This document shows positions 13,425 to 23,118 of a DNA stretch of 64,000 nt, piece by piece. A model generated the notes under the pieces. That model was not told the DNA's origin. It saw only the letters and a list, made by a program, of their open reading frames with translations, and searched no databases. The translations under genes and the position numbers were made by a program. The stretch is from positions 3,146,303-3,210,302 of the forward strand of contig CM082582.2 of the NCBI GenBank assembly GCA_040954595.2. The letters run 5' to 3'. This DNA is from Balanoglossus misakiensis. Its lineage: Eukaryota > Animalia > Hemichordata. How positions within the stretch are numbered: position 1 is the stretch's first letter; the number at the start of each line of letters is the position of its first letter.

Positions 13425-15565
13425 GTCATCATCATCATCATCACCACAACCACCATCACAACCACCAACATTTACCCATACCTGTTATTACCCCACATAG
13501 AGATTAACATGACAAGAGATTAAGGTGGAACTGCATCAGCTGATAGATTGCTTGTTTGATTGATTGATTGATTAATTTTGCCAAAAAATTTGACAGGCTG
13601 CAGCCACAAACAGTTTAACTCTTAGACAGGACATAATTCAGCCAGGTATACATGTACTGGTATAGAGACAACATTTAATGAGGTTTACTGTTTGTATTGA
13701 AGGTCCATGACTGTAGCTACAACACAGTTGATAGTGTCTTCCAACTGGTGGAGAATCTCTCGATGTGTCCTTCGCATCCATAGTGTACATCAATCGAGGC
13801 CAGAGGGAAAAAGTAAAGTTCAAGAAGCCTGTAAAACTAACCATCCCACTGCCACCAGACATTCCATATGTCTCATCTAATGATACAGAACTCTGCATAC
13901 TAAAAGATGAAGCTGGTAATTATGAATGGAAAGATGTTACCAAGGATTGTTCTTTTACTGTACAACACGATGTGGTGGAATTTCACACTCAGATACTGAG
14001 TGGGTAGGTTGAATTTTTCTTCCATACACGTACACCATAATCTAAATGCAATGTACAAATGGTTGCAGTTTCTGTGTTGACTTAATTCTTATGTAATTCT
14101 ATTAATTCCTTTGCTGAGATTCTTCGTACCTAATAATAGAAAAATATATTTTTTCGTATCTGCAGGTAGAATATTTACCCCATTTTTCTGTATTAGCTTT
14201 GTAGATTTCAACAATTTCCATTACTTGAAAGTTTCTGAAATTTTTTTCAGATATTCGTTGGCAATATCCATCAAAGACATCATGCCACGAATTTGTTATA
14301 TGCTATCAACCATCACAAACTTCAAGAAGGCTGGAAGTCAGATTGTAAAGATATTCCTTCTTCAGCACAAGGATAATGCAAGATGCTTAAGATGTGACCT
14401 GGTAGAGACCATGGGACCATCCATATCAGATCCATTGCCAGAGAAGTATAATGAATATGATTATGAAAAAGAACAGGCAGTTCTGATATCAAGATGAAAA
14501 GTGGAGACATTGTCAGAAATACTGTACCTGCACAAGGGGAGTTTTATCTGGTGTCTGAGCTGAACAAGAGAACATACTACCCATATCCCGATAACCACTG
14601 GGACGTCACTGTTGCTGTGAAACCTCAGCATAAGAGTACAAGCGGTCTGGTTGGACATATACTGTTTCAGAAAAATGATGAGCAACCAGAAGTTGAGCTC
14701 CGATTCTTAATGCCAAATGTAAGTTAAGAAGTTCAACATATTTTAACTTATTACCATGTGAATAATTGAAATGAAAATCGGTTGTCATTTTGTACCACAA
14801 AGAGATGACTGTGCCATGTATGAAATGTGTTAATTGCAGAAAGCAATTTATTTTGTTTGTACGGTACAAGTCAAATTTCAAGGGTTTGGGTTAAATGAAT
14901 CATTTTCAATTACTTTGGAGAGAGTGCCTGATCCAATGTCTTGGCCGGGTTTCAAATAGTACCTGGAACTGAATGTGTCTATAGGCAATTATCTGATCAA
15001 AGTGTGAATATATACTCAACAAATTGGCAGGGTAATTGACCAGGTTGGCCAACAAGGGGGATCACTGTAATAAGTACATTTTATGGTGGTGGTGTGTTTC
15101 TGTTTAATTTATATGAGATGTCTCTTTTTCTCATTTAGGGAAGTCAAGTGCAGCAAATTTCTAACAGTTCTTCAAATGGAGGTGAGTGTCAAAAATAATG
15201 CATACCAAATTTGTAAACACTTCTAAAAAAACATCTCTTATTACTTACGAAATAATATTATCATTTCAGGTTCACTTGGTTTTGAGACAACTAAAGTTGA
15301 GCCACTGAAGATCCTTTTCAAGAAACTTGAAAATGATATAGACAGAGATAAAGAACGCACACTGAGAGGCCTGTTGCGAGGTGTGCAAATACCCGCACGA
15401 GAGTTACAGGCTTTGAAAACTCCCTTAGAAATATTTGATGATTTGAAGGATAGGGACTATCTCGACAATCATGATTTAACACTTCTGAAGGAATTGTTGC
15501 CGTTACTGGGACTCCAAACATTAGTTTCGTCGGTGGAGGAGTATGAAAAAACCCTGCAATCATGA
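10234..15565 (+). pseudogene. Coiled-coil - ZU5 - ZU5 - UPA-like - death effector domain protein, multi-exon, frameshifted
   Basis: GT-AG exons ~10234-10942 (QTELSGRDL repeats), ~12109-12154, ~12597-12887 (GFSLEVPEECVEE, ZU5), 13200-13382 (VEVRHLSLFMAISR; GGKFSS...ISIVVPEDAI, second ZU5), ~13703-14004 (KFKKPVKLTIPLP), 14251-14718, ~15139-15181, 15270-15565 (DED-like: LFKKLENDI...TPLEIFDDLKDRDYLDNHDLTLLKELL...VEEYEK*). Frame breaks near 10417, ~13730 and ~14470. Confidence 0.7.
13390..13470. repeat. (CAT)n/(CAC)n intronic microsatellite
   Basis: Direct reading; lies just after the donor at 13383. Confidence 0.95.
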
Positions 15566-16996
15566 AAGCGGAATTCAAAACAGATGTACAGCCACATTCA
15601 TCACATATCTCAAGATTGTTGAGGTGATAAAGGCAATACCAGAATTCTCATTAAACATGCCACAATGGTTTGGTCCATATCCATTGTTTTCCATGGTAAA
15701 GATGGATCTCTGTAGAGGGAAATGGGGCTGAAAGGGTTGAGGTTTACAAGTATCTGCAAATCAGAATCATTACAAACGTAGTTCTGATCTTGTACTTTTT
15801 GGAGATAAAAATGACAGATTGAACTTTCTGACAATAGGGCATCACCCCAAAAATGATTAATTAATTTTAATTGGGATATGTTCAGCTGAAAAACATTCAA
15901 ATTTCTTTTTGAAGCCTTCCTACATTCACTTATAGTCTGTCTTTGAGTCCAGTTTGACCTAAAAATGTTAGGGGCAACGTTTGTCAGTATCTCGGAAAGT
16001 GTGTGAACTTTGACCCAAATCACTATAGTAACCGTGCTGTAAGTACAGTACCCCCTAGCCCTGTACAAAATGTCTATTGACGAGCGCCACCAATCTTTAC
16101 ATTACCCATCATGCATTGTAAGTTGCCTGGACGTCCTCAAGGTTCAGGTCACTGACCAGGCGTTTGGTTTTCAACGATTCTTGAACGACAAGGTGAGTTT
16201 TTCGTGGTGTTACGAGCATGTCGTCACCAGCGGATATCACTCTTTCGTTGCGGAAAACTATAAATGTAATGTTTATGACAGAAAGCAGCACGGAGCAGTT
16301 TGATAGTGGTGACGCCTACTTTGTGTCGTCTGCGGAACACCGAGTACTTCCGGGTTTCACCCAACAAGGTAAGGGTTTGTTTACGTGCAAGTCGTGGTCT
16401 TTTGGGGTTCCAGACGGGACAACAGTACGGGAATTTCAAGATAAATTCGTTGTTGCTGTAATGTTCGAAACAGAGACCGTTGTGTCAAGCCCTGGCATGA
16501 ATTGACAAGGTCATATTGTCACACAAAGTCACAAATACGAGCGATTCCATTAAAATCTCTGCAACTATAATCTTGCAGTAGTAGCTCGATCGTTCCCCAA
16601 CACCAAATTTCCAACGATAACATGCATGTAGAGGTGAAACAGATATTTATTCCTTGTGACTGGGTGTTAGAGTTTCTTGCCTATACCTGTGTGCATTTGT
16701 TCAGGTATGTAGTACCAGTTTTAACAGACTGTAGCACAAATAACTTCATTGTGTCTTGTTTGATGTGATTGGTCAATAGAGTGCAGTTATGTCTGGGAGG
16801 AAGCCAGGAGAACCAATCAAACCACTCAGCTTGACGACTGCTTGGTGAGAAAAACTCAACAACTGATCCATCATCTCAGGAATGATACTCTTTCAGAGAA
16901 AGGTAAACTTGACAAATGCTTCTTATTATCTTTCCACCCAAAAATTAAAAAATATCTTTCCCCGAAAAAATAACTTACATTGACAACAATCAAGTC

Positions 16997-18382
16997 ATGC
17001 CAAGGAGGGGTAGAAAAGGATTCTTAATCGCTATTCGTGTGTATTTGACAGAAAAATCAACCTTGGTCAACTTCCTGTTTGACAGTGGTGCCATCTCTCT
17101 GGAAGTGACAACCAGCCAATTGCCACGCCCTGAAAGCCAGTACCATGGAAACACCAACGAAAGAGTGTGTCACCATGACGATGGCACATATTCTGTGGTG
17201 CCGGAAACTAACATGGGAATCACTGACGTTAAAAGCATTGCTGTCGACTCGGAAATGACACAACACGAAAATGAGGGCTATCAAGCGAGACACTGTGACA
17301 GTTTGGATGTCGATACCAGAAAATGCCAACCTTGCTCGACAGCAATAACCGGCCAGAATTTTGAGAGTGTGAGAGACAATGTGGATAATTTTGACAGCAT
17401 CGACGGACAGAGTCAAACTGAAAGACTGTTTCCAGGAAATCCAAACGGAGAGAACTCGAAACTGTATCCAAATGTCGGAATTGACAATACAGCGTTGGAT
17501 CGACACGCCGGCGATGGAAGTTCGCTCACTCGTGGAGACGTCAGTTTTGTGGAGAGTGTCTCTTTCCCAGCTCAATGTCTGGAGAATGTCACCCAATCGG
17601 AAATCTCTCAATGTGTGGATGAGAAGGAGAGCAAGGATGAGATTGTCATTAAAGAGGAAAGCCCTGGGGACGAGATTGTGTATATGTGTAACCCCGAGGG
17701 GCCATCAGTGTCTCGTGTTGGTGAAACGACCGAGGCAGACCGCGTGAATGTGGAAATAGAAGCAGAGTCTGAGAGCTCGCAAATCTTCATCCCCCCTTCT
17801 GAGACCTCCCAGGCACTGACACGGCCTAAACAAAACATCCAACCATTCAGACCCACAGCCAACACTGCAAAAGTTCCAAAAGCCTGGAAGTCAAAACTTG
17901 GACTGTTATCCGTTGCTGGCTACAACAAGATAAGATCCTTGAAAGGAAGATACTTTGTGTGTAATCTATGCTCAGCAGGGTTTGACAACAGAAGTCGGCT
18001 TCTAGCCCACATGAAAAGTCACACCAAGGGTGCGCAGAAAAACACTGTTGAATGCAAGGACTGTCGGGAGAAATTCAACAACAAGGAAAGCCTGGTTGCC
18101 CACCAGAGATTCCATATCCACACCGGAGAGACCCCTTTCCAGTGCGACGTATGCGGAAAAGCGTTCAAATTCCGCAACCGGTTGATCTCGCACACCAGGA
18201 CGCACACCGGAGAGAAACCTTTTCAATGTCTTATGTGCAATAAACGTTTCAGCGACCGGTCCAACCTCAACGCCCACCGCAGAGTTCACACCGGAGAAAG
18301 ACCTTTCGACTGCTCCGTGTGCGGGGCCAGTTTAGGACACCGATCCAACCTCCGGAAGCACTACCTGATATACCACAGTTGA
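16997..18382 (+). CDS. C2H2 zinc finger protein, five fingers; probably a terminal exon (acceptor at ~17085)
   Basis: Acidic low-complexity region followed by five CxxC...HxxxH fingers with TGETPF/TGEKPF/TGERPF linkers; AATAAA at ~18947. Confidence 0.85.
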   Translation: MPRRGRKGFLIAIRVYLTEKSTLVNFLFDSGAISLEVTTSQLPRPESQYHGNTNERVCHHDDGTYSVVPETNMGITDVKSIAVDSEMTQHENEGYQARHCDSLDVDTRKCQPCSTAITGQNFESVRDNVDNFDSIDGQSQTERLFPGNPNGENSKLYPNVGIDNTALDRHAGDGSSLTRGDVSFVESVSFPAQCLENVTQSEISQCVDEKESKDEIVIKEESPGDEIVYMCNPEGPSVSRVGETTEADRVNVEIEAESESSQIFIPPSETSQALTRPKQNIQPFRPTANTAKVPKAWKSKLGLLSVAGYNKIRSLKGRYFVCNLCSAGFDNRSRLLAHMKSHTKGAQKNTVECKDCREKFNNKESLVAHQRFHIHTGETPFQCDVCGKAFKFRNRLISHTRTHTGEKPFQCLMCNKRFSDRSNLNAHRRVHTGERPFDCSVCGASLGHRSNLRKHYLIYHS

Positions 18383-18557
18383 GATGCACCTCCGGTCTGA
18401 TAGATAAAAAGGAATCCATGTTTAAATCTAACATTTCAGATGCACAGTAAGATGGGCAATTATACCAGATGGATTCTGCCACCCGACAATTACATTACTT
18501 GGTGGGTTTTTTTGTCAGACATTGACACTGCAAAGATCAATTATTACAAAATCTTTG

Positions 18558-18735
18558 TACAGTCAAACCTGTGTTAGCGACCACCTCTATATAGTGGCCA
18601 CTATGTTACGGTCCCTGTGCAATTTACAAATTACACATGCATTAATTGACCTCTCTATAAGGACCACCTGTCTATAAAGGCCAGTTTATGAAAGTCCCTT
18701 GACTCGCCACTAAATACACAGTCAGGTTTGACAGT
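18558..18735. mobile_element. Tc1/mariner-like MITE (ta-CAGTCAAACCTG termini)
   Basis: tacagtcaaacctg ... caggtttgacagta. Related copies at ~4990-5133 and, inverted, ~43098-43240. Confidence 0.65.
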
Positions 18736-19257
18736 ATCATACATTTCCTTCGTTTTCTGCCAGCATTGCAATATAGACTGACCATATGCCACATTACTTA
18801 ATGCAGATATTTTTTTTCAGTGCATTATTTCTATTGTTTTCTATTGTTTTTCTTGTTACAGTAGAAAAATGTAGCATCTCTGCCTCCGTTGTAACTTCAT
18901 TGCAGAGGTTTTATGTTCAGATAAGTTAAGATAAACAGTATTGAGAAATAAAGTTTATCAACTGTAACTTTTAGTGTAAGGCCATTGTTACATTTTTTTC
19001 ACTCATTTCAGCAAAGCTACAACTTTCTACTGTTTGCTTAATTTCTTCCTCTGACTTGGGATGGCCCAAAGATTCTACAATATAGATCGCATCTCATAAA
19101 GTTGAAGTGAAATCTGTGAAATTTCCCATGTGCTGAAATTCTGCTACAAAGTTCCTGCAGTAGAACCTGCTCTGGCAACTTCACATATTGGAATGAATAT
19201 AACATCATCTGTGTGCAATTTCCATCATGACAGAAATTTAATTCTATGTTTCTACAA

Positions 19258-19967
19258 CTAAAGAATGTCTCTCATATCATAAACAAATTTCAATCCATGT
19301 TCCTCGGCTTTCTCAGTAACTTCTCGATCAAAAAATTCATTTTGCGCGACAGTGAAGTGTTTTCCAATCACCGACTTGACCTCTGCGCTGGTGACGAGCA
19401 TCATCTGGAAAGGAATGTGTGTCCGCGCCAACCATTGAATATTGACAGAAGATTTCCTTCCCTTGACTCATTGCAACAAAACTGCAACTTTCAGCCACTT
19501 TTTCAATTTTCTCATCTGACTTCGGACGATCCAGAAAATCTGTGATCTGGCACAACACAGATTTCAAATCTCTCTTCATATCTTCAAATGTGACGTGTAC
19601 TACGTAGCACATTGTCCTGCTGGGCGTATCGTTTCCATGCCAACACATGATCCAACCAAGAGCCGTACAACACTCTTCCCTGAACGAAAGCCTTAACCCA
19701 GTCGTTCCAATTCAAATCCATCTCGATCCAGGGATTGATTTCATATAGCTATAATACGACACGCATACATCTTTTGGATTTCTGGCCACTGTGGTATAAC
19801 TTTACACATCTTTTCACCTTTGACCCATGACTTTGAGAATAACTGTAGAAGAAGATGGCAGAATAATAACCTTGGTGACGTCATCTTCTGCAAGGATGTC
19901 TTCACAGCCTTTGCATGTTCACCATACATACCAGGTATATGATCAGCGTCCTCGTAAAGTAGGTCAA
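19258..19967 (-). pseudogene. Cytosolic sulfotransferase, 3' part (intronless, frameshifted)
   Basis: SPRLLFCHL, NWNDWVKAFVQGRVLYGSWLDHVLAW, VTFEDMKRDL...QITDFL, CSFVAM, RRGQVGDWK motifs spread over several frames. Confidence 0.85.
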
Positions 19968-20183
19968 CGCCAACGTGGACACAACCACTGTGTTGTCAGA
20001 CACCAGCAAAGACTACAACCAGGCACGTAAGGTCAATAACACGAACGGTTTTATTACGAACGCACTACGCCGCTAGTTACAAGATGGCGGACGAGCAGAG
20101 AGAGAGAGACACACGCCACAGGCAAAGCATTGTGGGTAGTGAGGCCAAGGGTCAAACCACTAACAACTAACATAGTGGCGCAA
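19968..20183 (-). repeat. 3' LTR of element A
   Basis: Direct repeat of 34511-34726, preceded on the minus strand by purine tract aaaaaaaaaggacagaagaaaagtgg. Exact termini ambiguous by a few bp. Confidence 0.88.
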
Positions 20184-20529
20184 CCACTTTTCTTCTGTCC
20201 TTTTTTTTTGAAGAAAAACAATGAACATGAGCAGAATCTGCGGAGGCACATTGCGATGCCAGGGTAAACTCAATAAAGCAGAAACTAAACAGTTTCACAT
20301 GATGAAGTAGACAAAGTGGCAATAACACAAAAGCATGGAAAAACTGTCCCCAAATACAAATATGAAGAAATAGGTGCAAACTGTCCCAAAATAAAGTCCT
20401 GTAAGTCCTTTGGGGTACGACATCCGGCCTTTCAGCTGCCGCTCCGTCTGGCTGGTCAAGTGGGGGGATGGTGATTTTAGGTGAAAGGCCACACCCGTCA
20501 GTCTAGTACAAAGGTGGAGGTGACAACGT

Positions 20530-21165
20530 CTATGTAATGCCAACAACCAAGTAACAGTCACGGGGCTGTATTTTCCTGTGATCTGAACGGGGGTAGACCA
20601 GGTCGTCTACATCAAGTGCAGGCGCCGCTGTAAAAATGTCAAGTGGAGCCTTCGTGTATTCACTGAACTGGTGGTCACCGAGATGCATAGTGCGCAGATC
20701 GCCTATCTGCTTGTGGTTGAAGATGGGTAGCTGAGTGTGGTCCAACTGATCCGCTTGCATCCGTATCGTATGTGTAGGCCGACCTGCGTTGACATAAACA
20801 TTGGCAACAGCAAGCAACGGTAGTGTGACGGTGGCACGAAGTGGGACTAGACGTACAAGCTCGTCCTGGAATTCTTGGATGGCTCTGTCGGATGCTGGAT
20901 TCCTGTTTCGGTTTTCAACACACCCCATTTGGACGATGAGGTTGTGCAAGCCGCCTTTTGTTGAAGTCGCAACTCCCGGAGCAGGGTTAGGTCTGATGAC
21001 TGTGGGCAGGCCGTCAACTGGGTCTACCTCCTGCTTGGTGACGTCAGTGGCAAAGACAATGCCAACGATCTCTGGATCTTCCGGATGAGCAACCACACCT
21101 GTTCCCTCATGGATCTGGTGTTGAGGTACTTTCAACTGCTCGTGCGAGTACGGGGGACGCTGGCC
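20530..21165 (-). pseudogene. Degenerate pol remnant of element A (pre-RT segment fused to the distal integrase region)
   Basis: VIRPNPAPG...NRNPASDRAIQEFQDEL...DQLDHTQLP...DDLVYPRSDHRKIQPRDCYLVVGI resembles a Gypsy integrase C-half. No RT YxDD or RNase H motifs anywhere in A. Confidence 0.65.
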
Positions 21166-21169
21166 ATTG

Positions 21170-21464
21170 TGTGGTATTTCTGGAGAAAACCTCACCTGGA
21201 GTATACCAGTGCCTGGAGATTCCTGTGGAAATGCTGATTAGGTGGTGACCCTTATGTGACCTGTCACGTGACCCCGTGAAGGTTATATATAACACCGTGG
21301 GACCGGAAGTCGGGGTTCTCTCTCGTCTCGTCCATGGTCTGGTGCTACACGCTCTACTTGTTCTGGACCCGGACCGCCTGCACGCACTCAACTAGGTGAG
21401 TATGCGTTACGGGCATTGACTAGGGAAACCTTTCCGTGGCGTTGAAGTTGGGGAAAACGCTACA
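21170..21464 (+). repeat. 5' LTR of element B (295 bp)
   Basis: tgtggtatttc...cgctaca; TATA-like ttatatataa at ~21283. Confidence 0.97.
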
Positions 21465-21465
21465 T

Positions 21466-21479
21466 TGGCGCTGCGAGCA
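21466..21479 (+). promoter_or_regulatory. Primer binding site of element B (tRNA-Ser-like)
   Basis: TGGCGCTGCGAGCA one base after the LTR. It is complementary to a tRNA 3' end ...TGCTCGCAGCG-CCA; the tRNA identity is from memory. Confidence 0.8.
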
Positions 21480-21512
21480 ACTTCTTCCCTGCGGAATTTT
21501 TGAGGGGATTGG

Positions 21513-21518
21513 GTAAGT
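21513..21518 (+). promoter_or_regulatory. Candidate splice donor in the leader of element B
   Basis: tgg|GTAAGT consensus ~35 nt downstream of the PBS. A second candidate tag|GTGAGT lies at ~21396 within the LTR. Confidence 0.55.
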
Positions 21519-23118
21519 ACAAGACTCATTGTTTTCGGGCGGAAAAAGTAAAAAGAAAAAAATTACCCGGAGACTGTGGTGTTTCTGTACTGGTGCTCAT
21601 CGGTGAATTTGATTAGCTTGTGTGGTTTACCTGAGTGAGCAGATTTTCCGTATCACCAAAGGATCTCAAGTAATTGTGTTGGAAGTGAAAGTGTGTGCGG
21701 GAATTTGTTTATTTAGTTTCGGGTTTTTTTGTACTTGAGTTTGGGAATTCTTGTCATTCGTGAAACCTAGAACTTTCCGGTGCAGCGTTTGTGTGTAGTT
21801 TTTCATGCGTTTTGTTGAATTAAATCTTCCTGTGTCGGCATTTGTGTGGATTATTTACTGCATTTTTGTCGGACGATACGGTCGCTGGGACGGCGATTGT
21901 GGCGGTTTCGTTTCATTGCTTCGCACTGGTTTTTCTTTGGCGATACTGGCGAAACTACGTCTTTATTGGCCGGGAATTTCCTTTGTGCTGTAGGTGTTTG
22001 CGGAGCCGTTTTCAATTATCTATCGGTACCGTTCTCGGCGTTTCTTGTGCGACCTTTTGTATTTTTGTTCTCGGGGTTTTTCTTCAAGAAAACACCTGTA
22101 GCGGGAGCGCGGCATTTGTATATTGGAGGAATTCTTTGGGGACATCTGTGCAGTTTGTCGTACGGTTACGTGTCGGGATTATTTTTGAAAGCATTTCGCT
22201 GAGAGATTGCATAACATTTGTGGAGCGGGAATTTTTCTTTGAATAGCGTTTGACGCGGGAATTCGATCATTCTTGTGCAAATTTACCTACCACCTGGTTA
22301 TTTGAATTTTAGTTTGAAGCGTTGACTCTGTTGTTACTGGATATCTTCGTTATTGTTGCATATTTCTGGGATAGCTTAGATATTTCCAGTACTAAAAAAA
22401 AAAAAAAAACGACCAACAAATATAACAGGTCGAAAATATTGTTACGTTCTAGTAATAAAAAAACGACAAATATAACAGGTCAATAATTTCTTCTATCACT
22501 GAGAGCATTTTCCTTGTGGGTCATTTGGGTAATATTGCAGTAGTGATAATTTGTGGTCATCCTGAAAGTGGGTGATCGCATATCACAATTACTGCAAGGA
22601 TTCAGGAGATTTCTACCACTGTTAGGGTCCTGCAATTCGTGCTTGTATCCAAGAGTGTAGGAATTTTTTCTGTGCAATTGTTTCGGCCTTTTTGAAAAAA
22701 AAAAGTCTTCCCACGAGAAAAACAGCACTTGTCCCTTTTCCCTGTACTGAATTTATCGAGTTTCTTCAAGTTTTTGAGAAGCTTTGAAATTGATTAGAAT
22801 TGGGGATTTGGATCTGTGTCGTCACTTTATTCAAGTTCGTGGAGAAATCTGTGGCTTGTGTGATTGCATAGTGACACTTCGCTTGATTTTTCCGAATTTC
22901 TTGGCTTTTTGGCGACTTGTCTAAATTTAGATTGAATTCAGTTAGTAACATATAGATTTTCCAAGTTTACTAGTTAGACTTGTGTAAATCTATTAACTGA
23001 TAGTTTTCTCAAGTTTAAAGAAGATTTCTAGATTTGTTTAAACATATCAGAGGGTAATTTAATTTGCTCAAGTTTTTGCATCCAAGGCTTGTGTAAATTA
23101 AGATTGTGAATTGTGACA

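Noticed and set aside
13182-13523. Poly-Ile / poly-Met ORFs
   Set aside because: Translation of an intronic (CAT)n microsatellite after a GT donor.
16070-16505. Coding-looking ORFs with splice donors upstream of the zinc finger exon
   Set aside because: May be 5' exons of the ZNF gene, but I could not assign a domain or build a consistent model.
21107-21391. Identical short ORFs at 21107-21391 and 32122-32364 (also 34492-34713)
   Set aside because: Incidental frames within duplicated LTRs.
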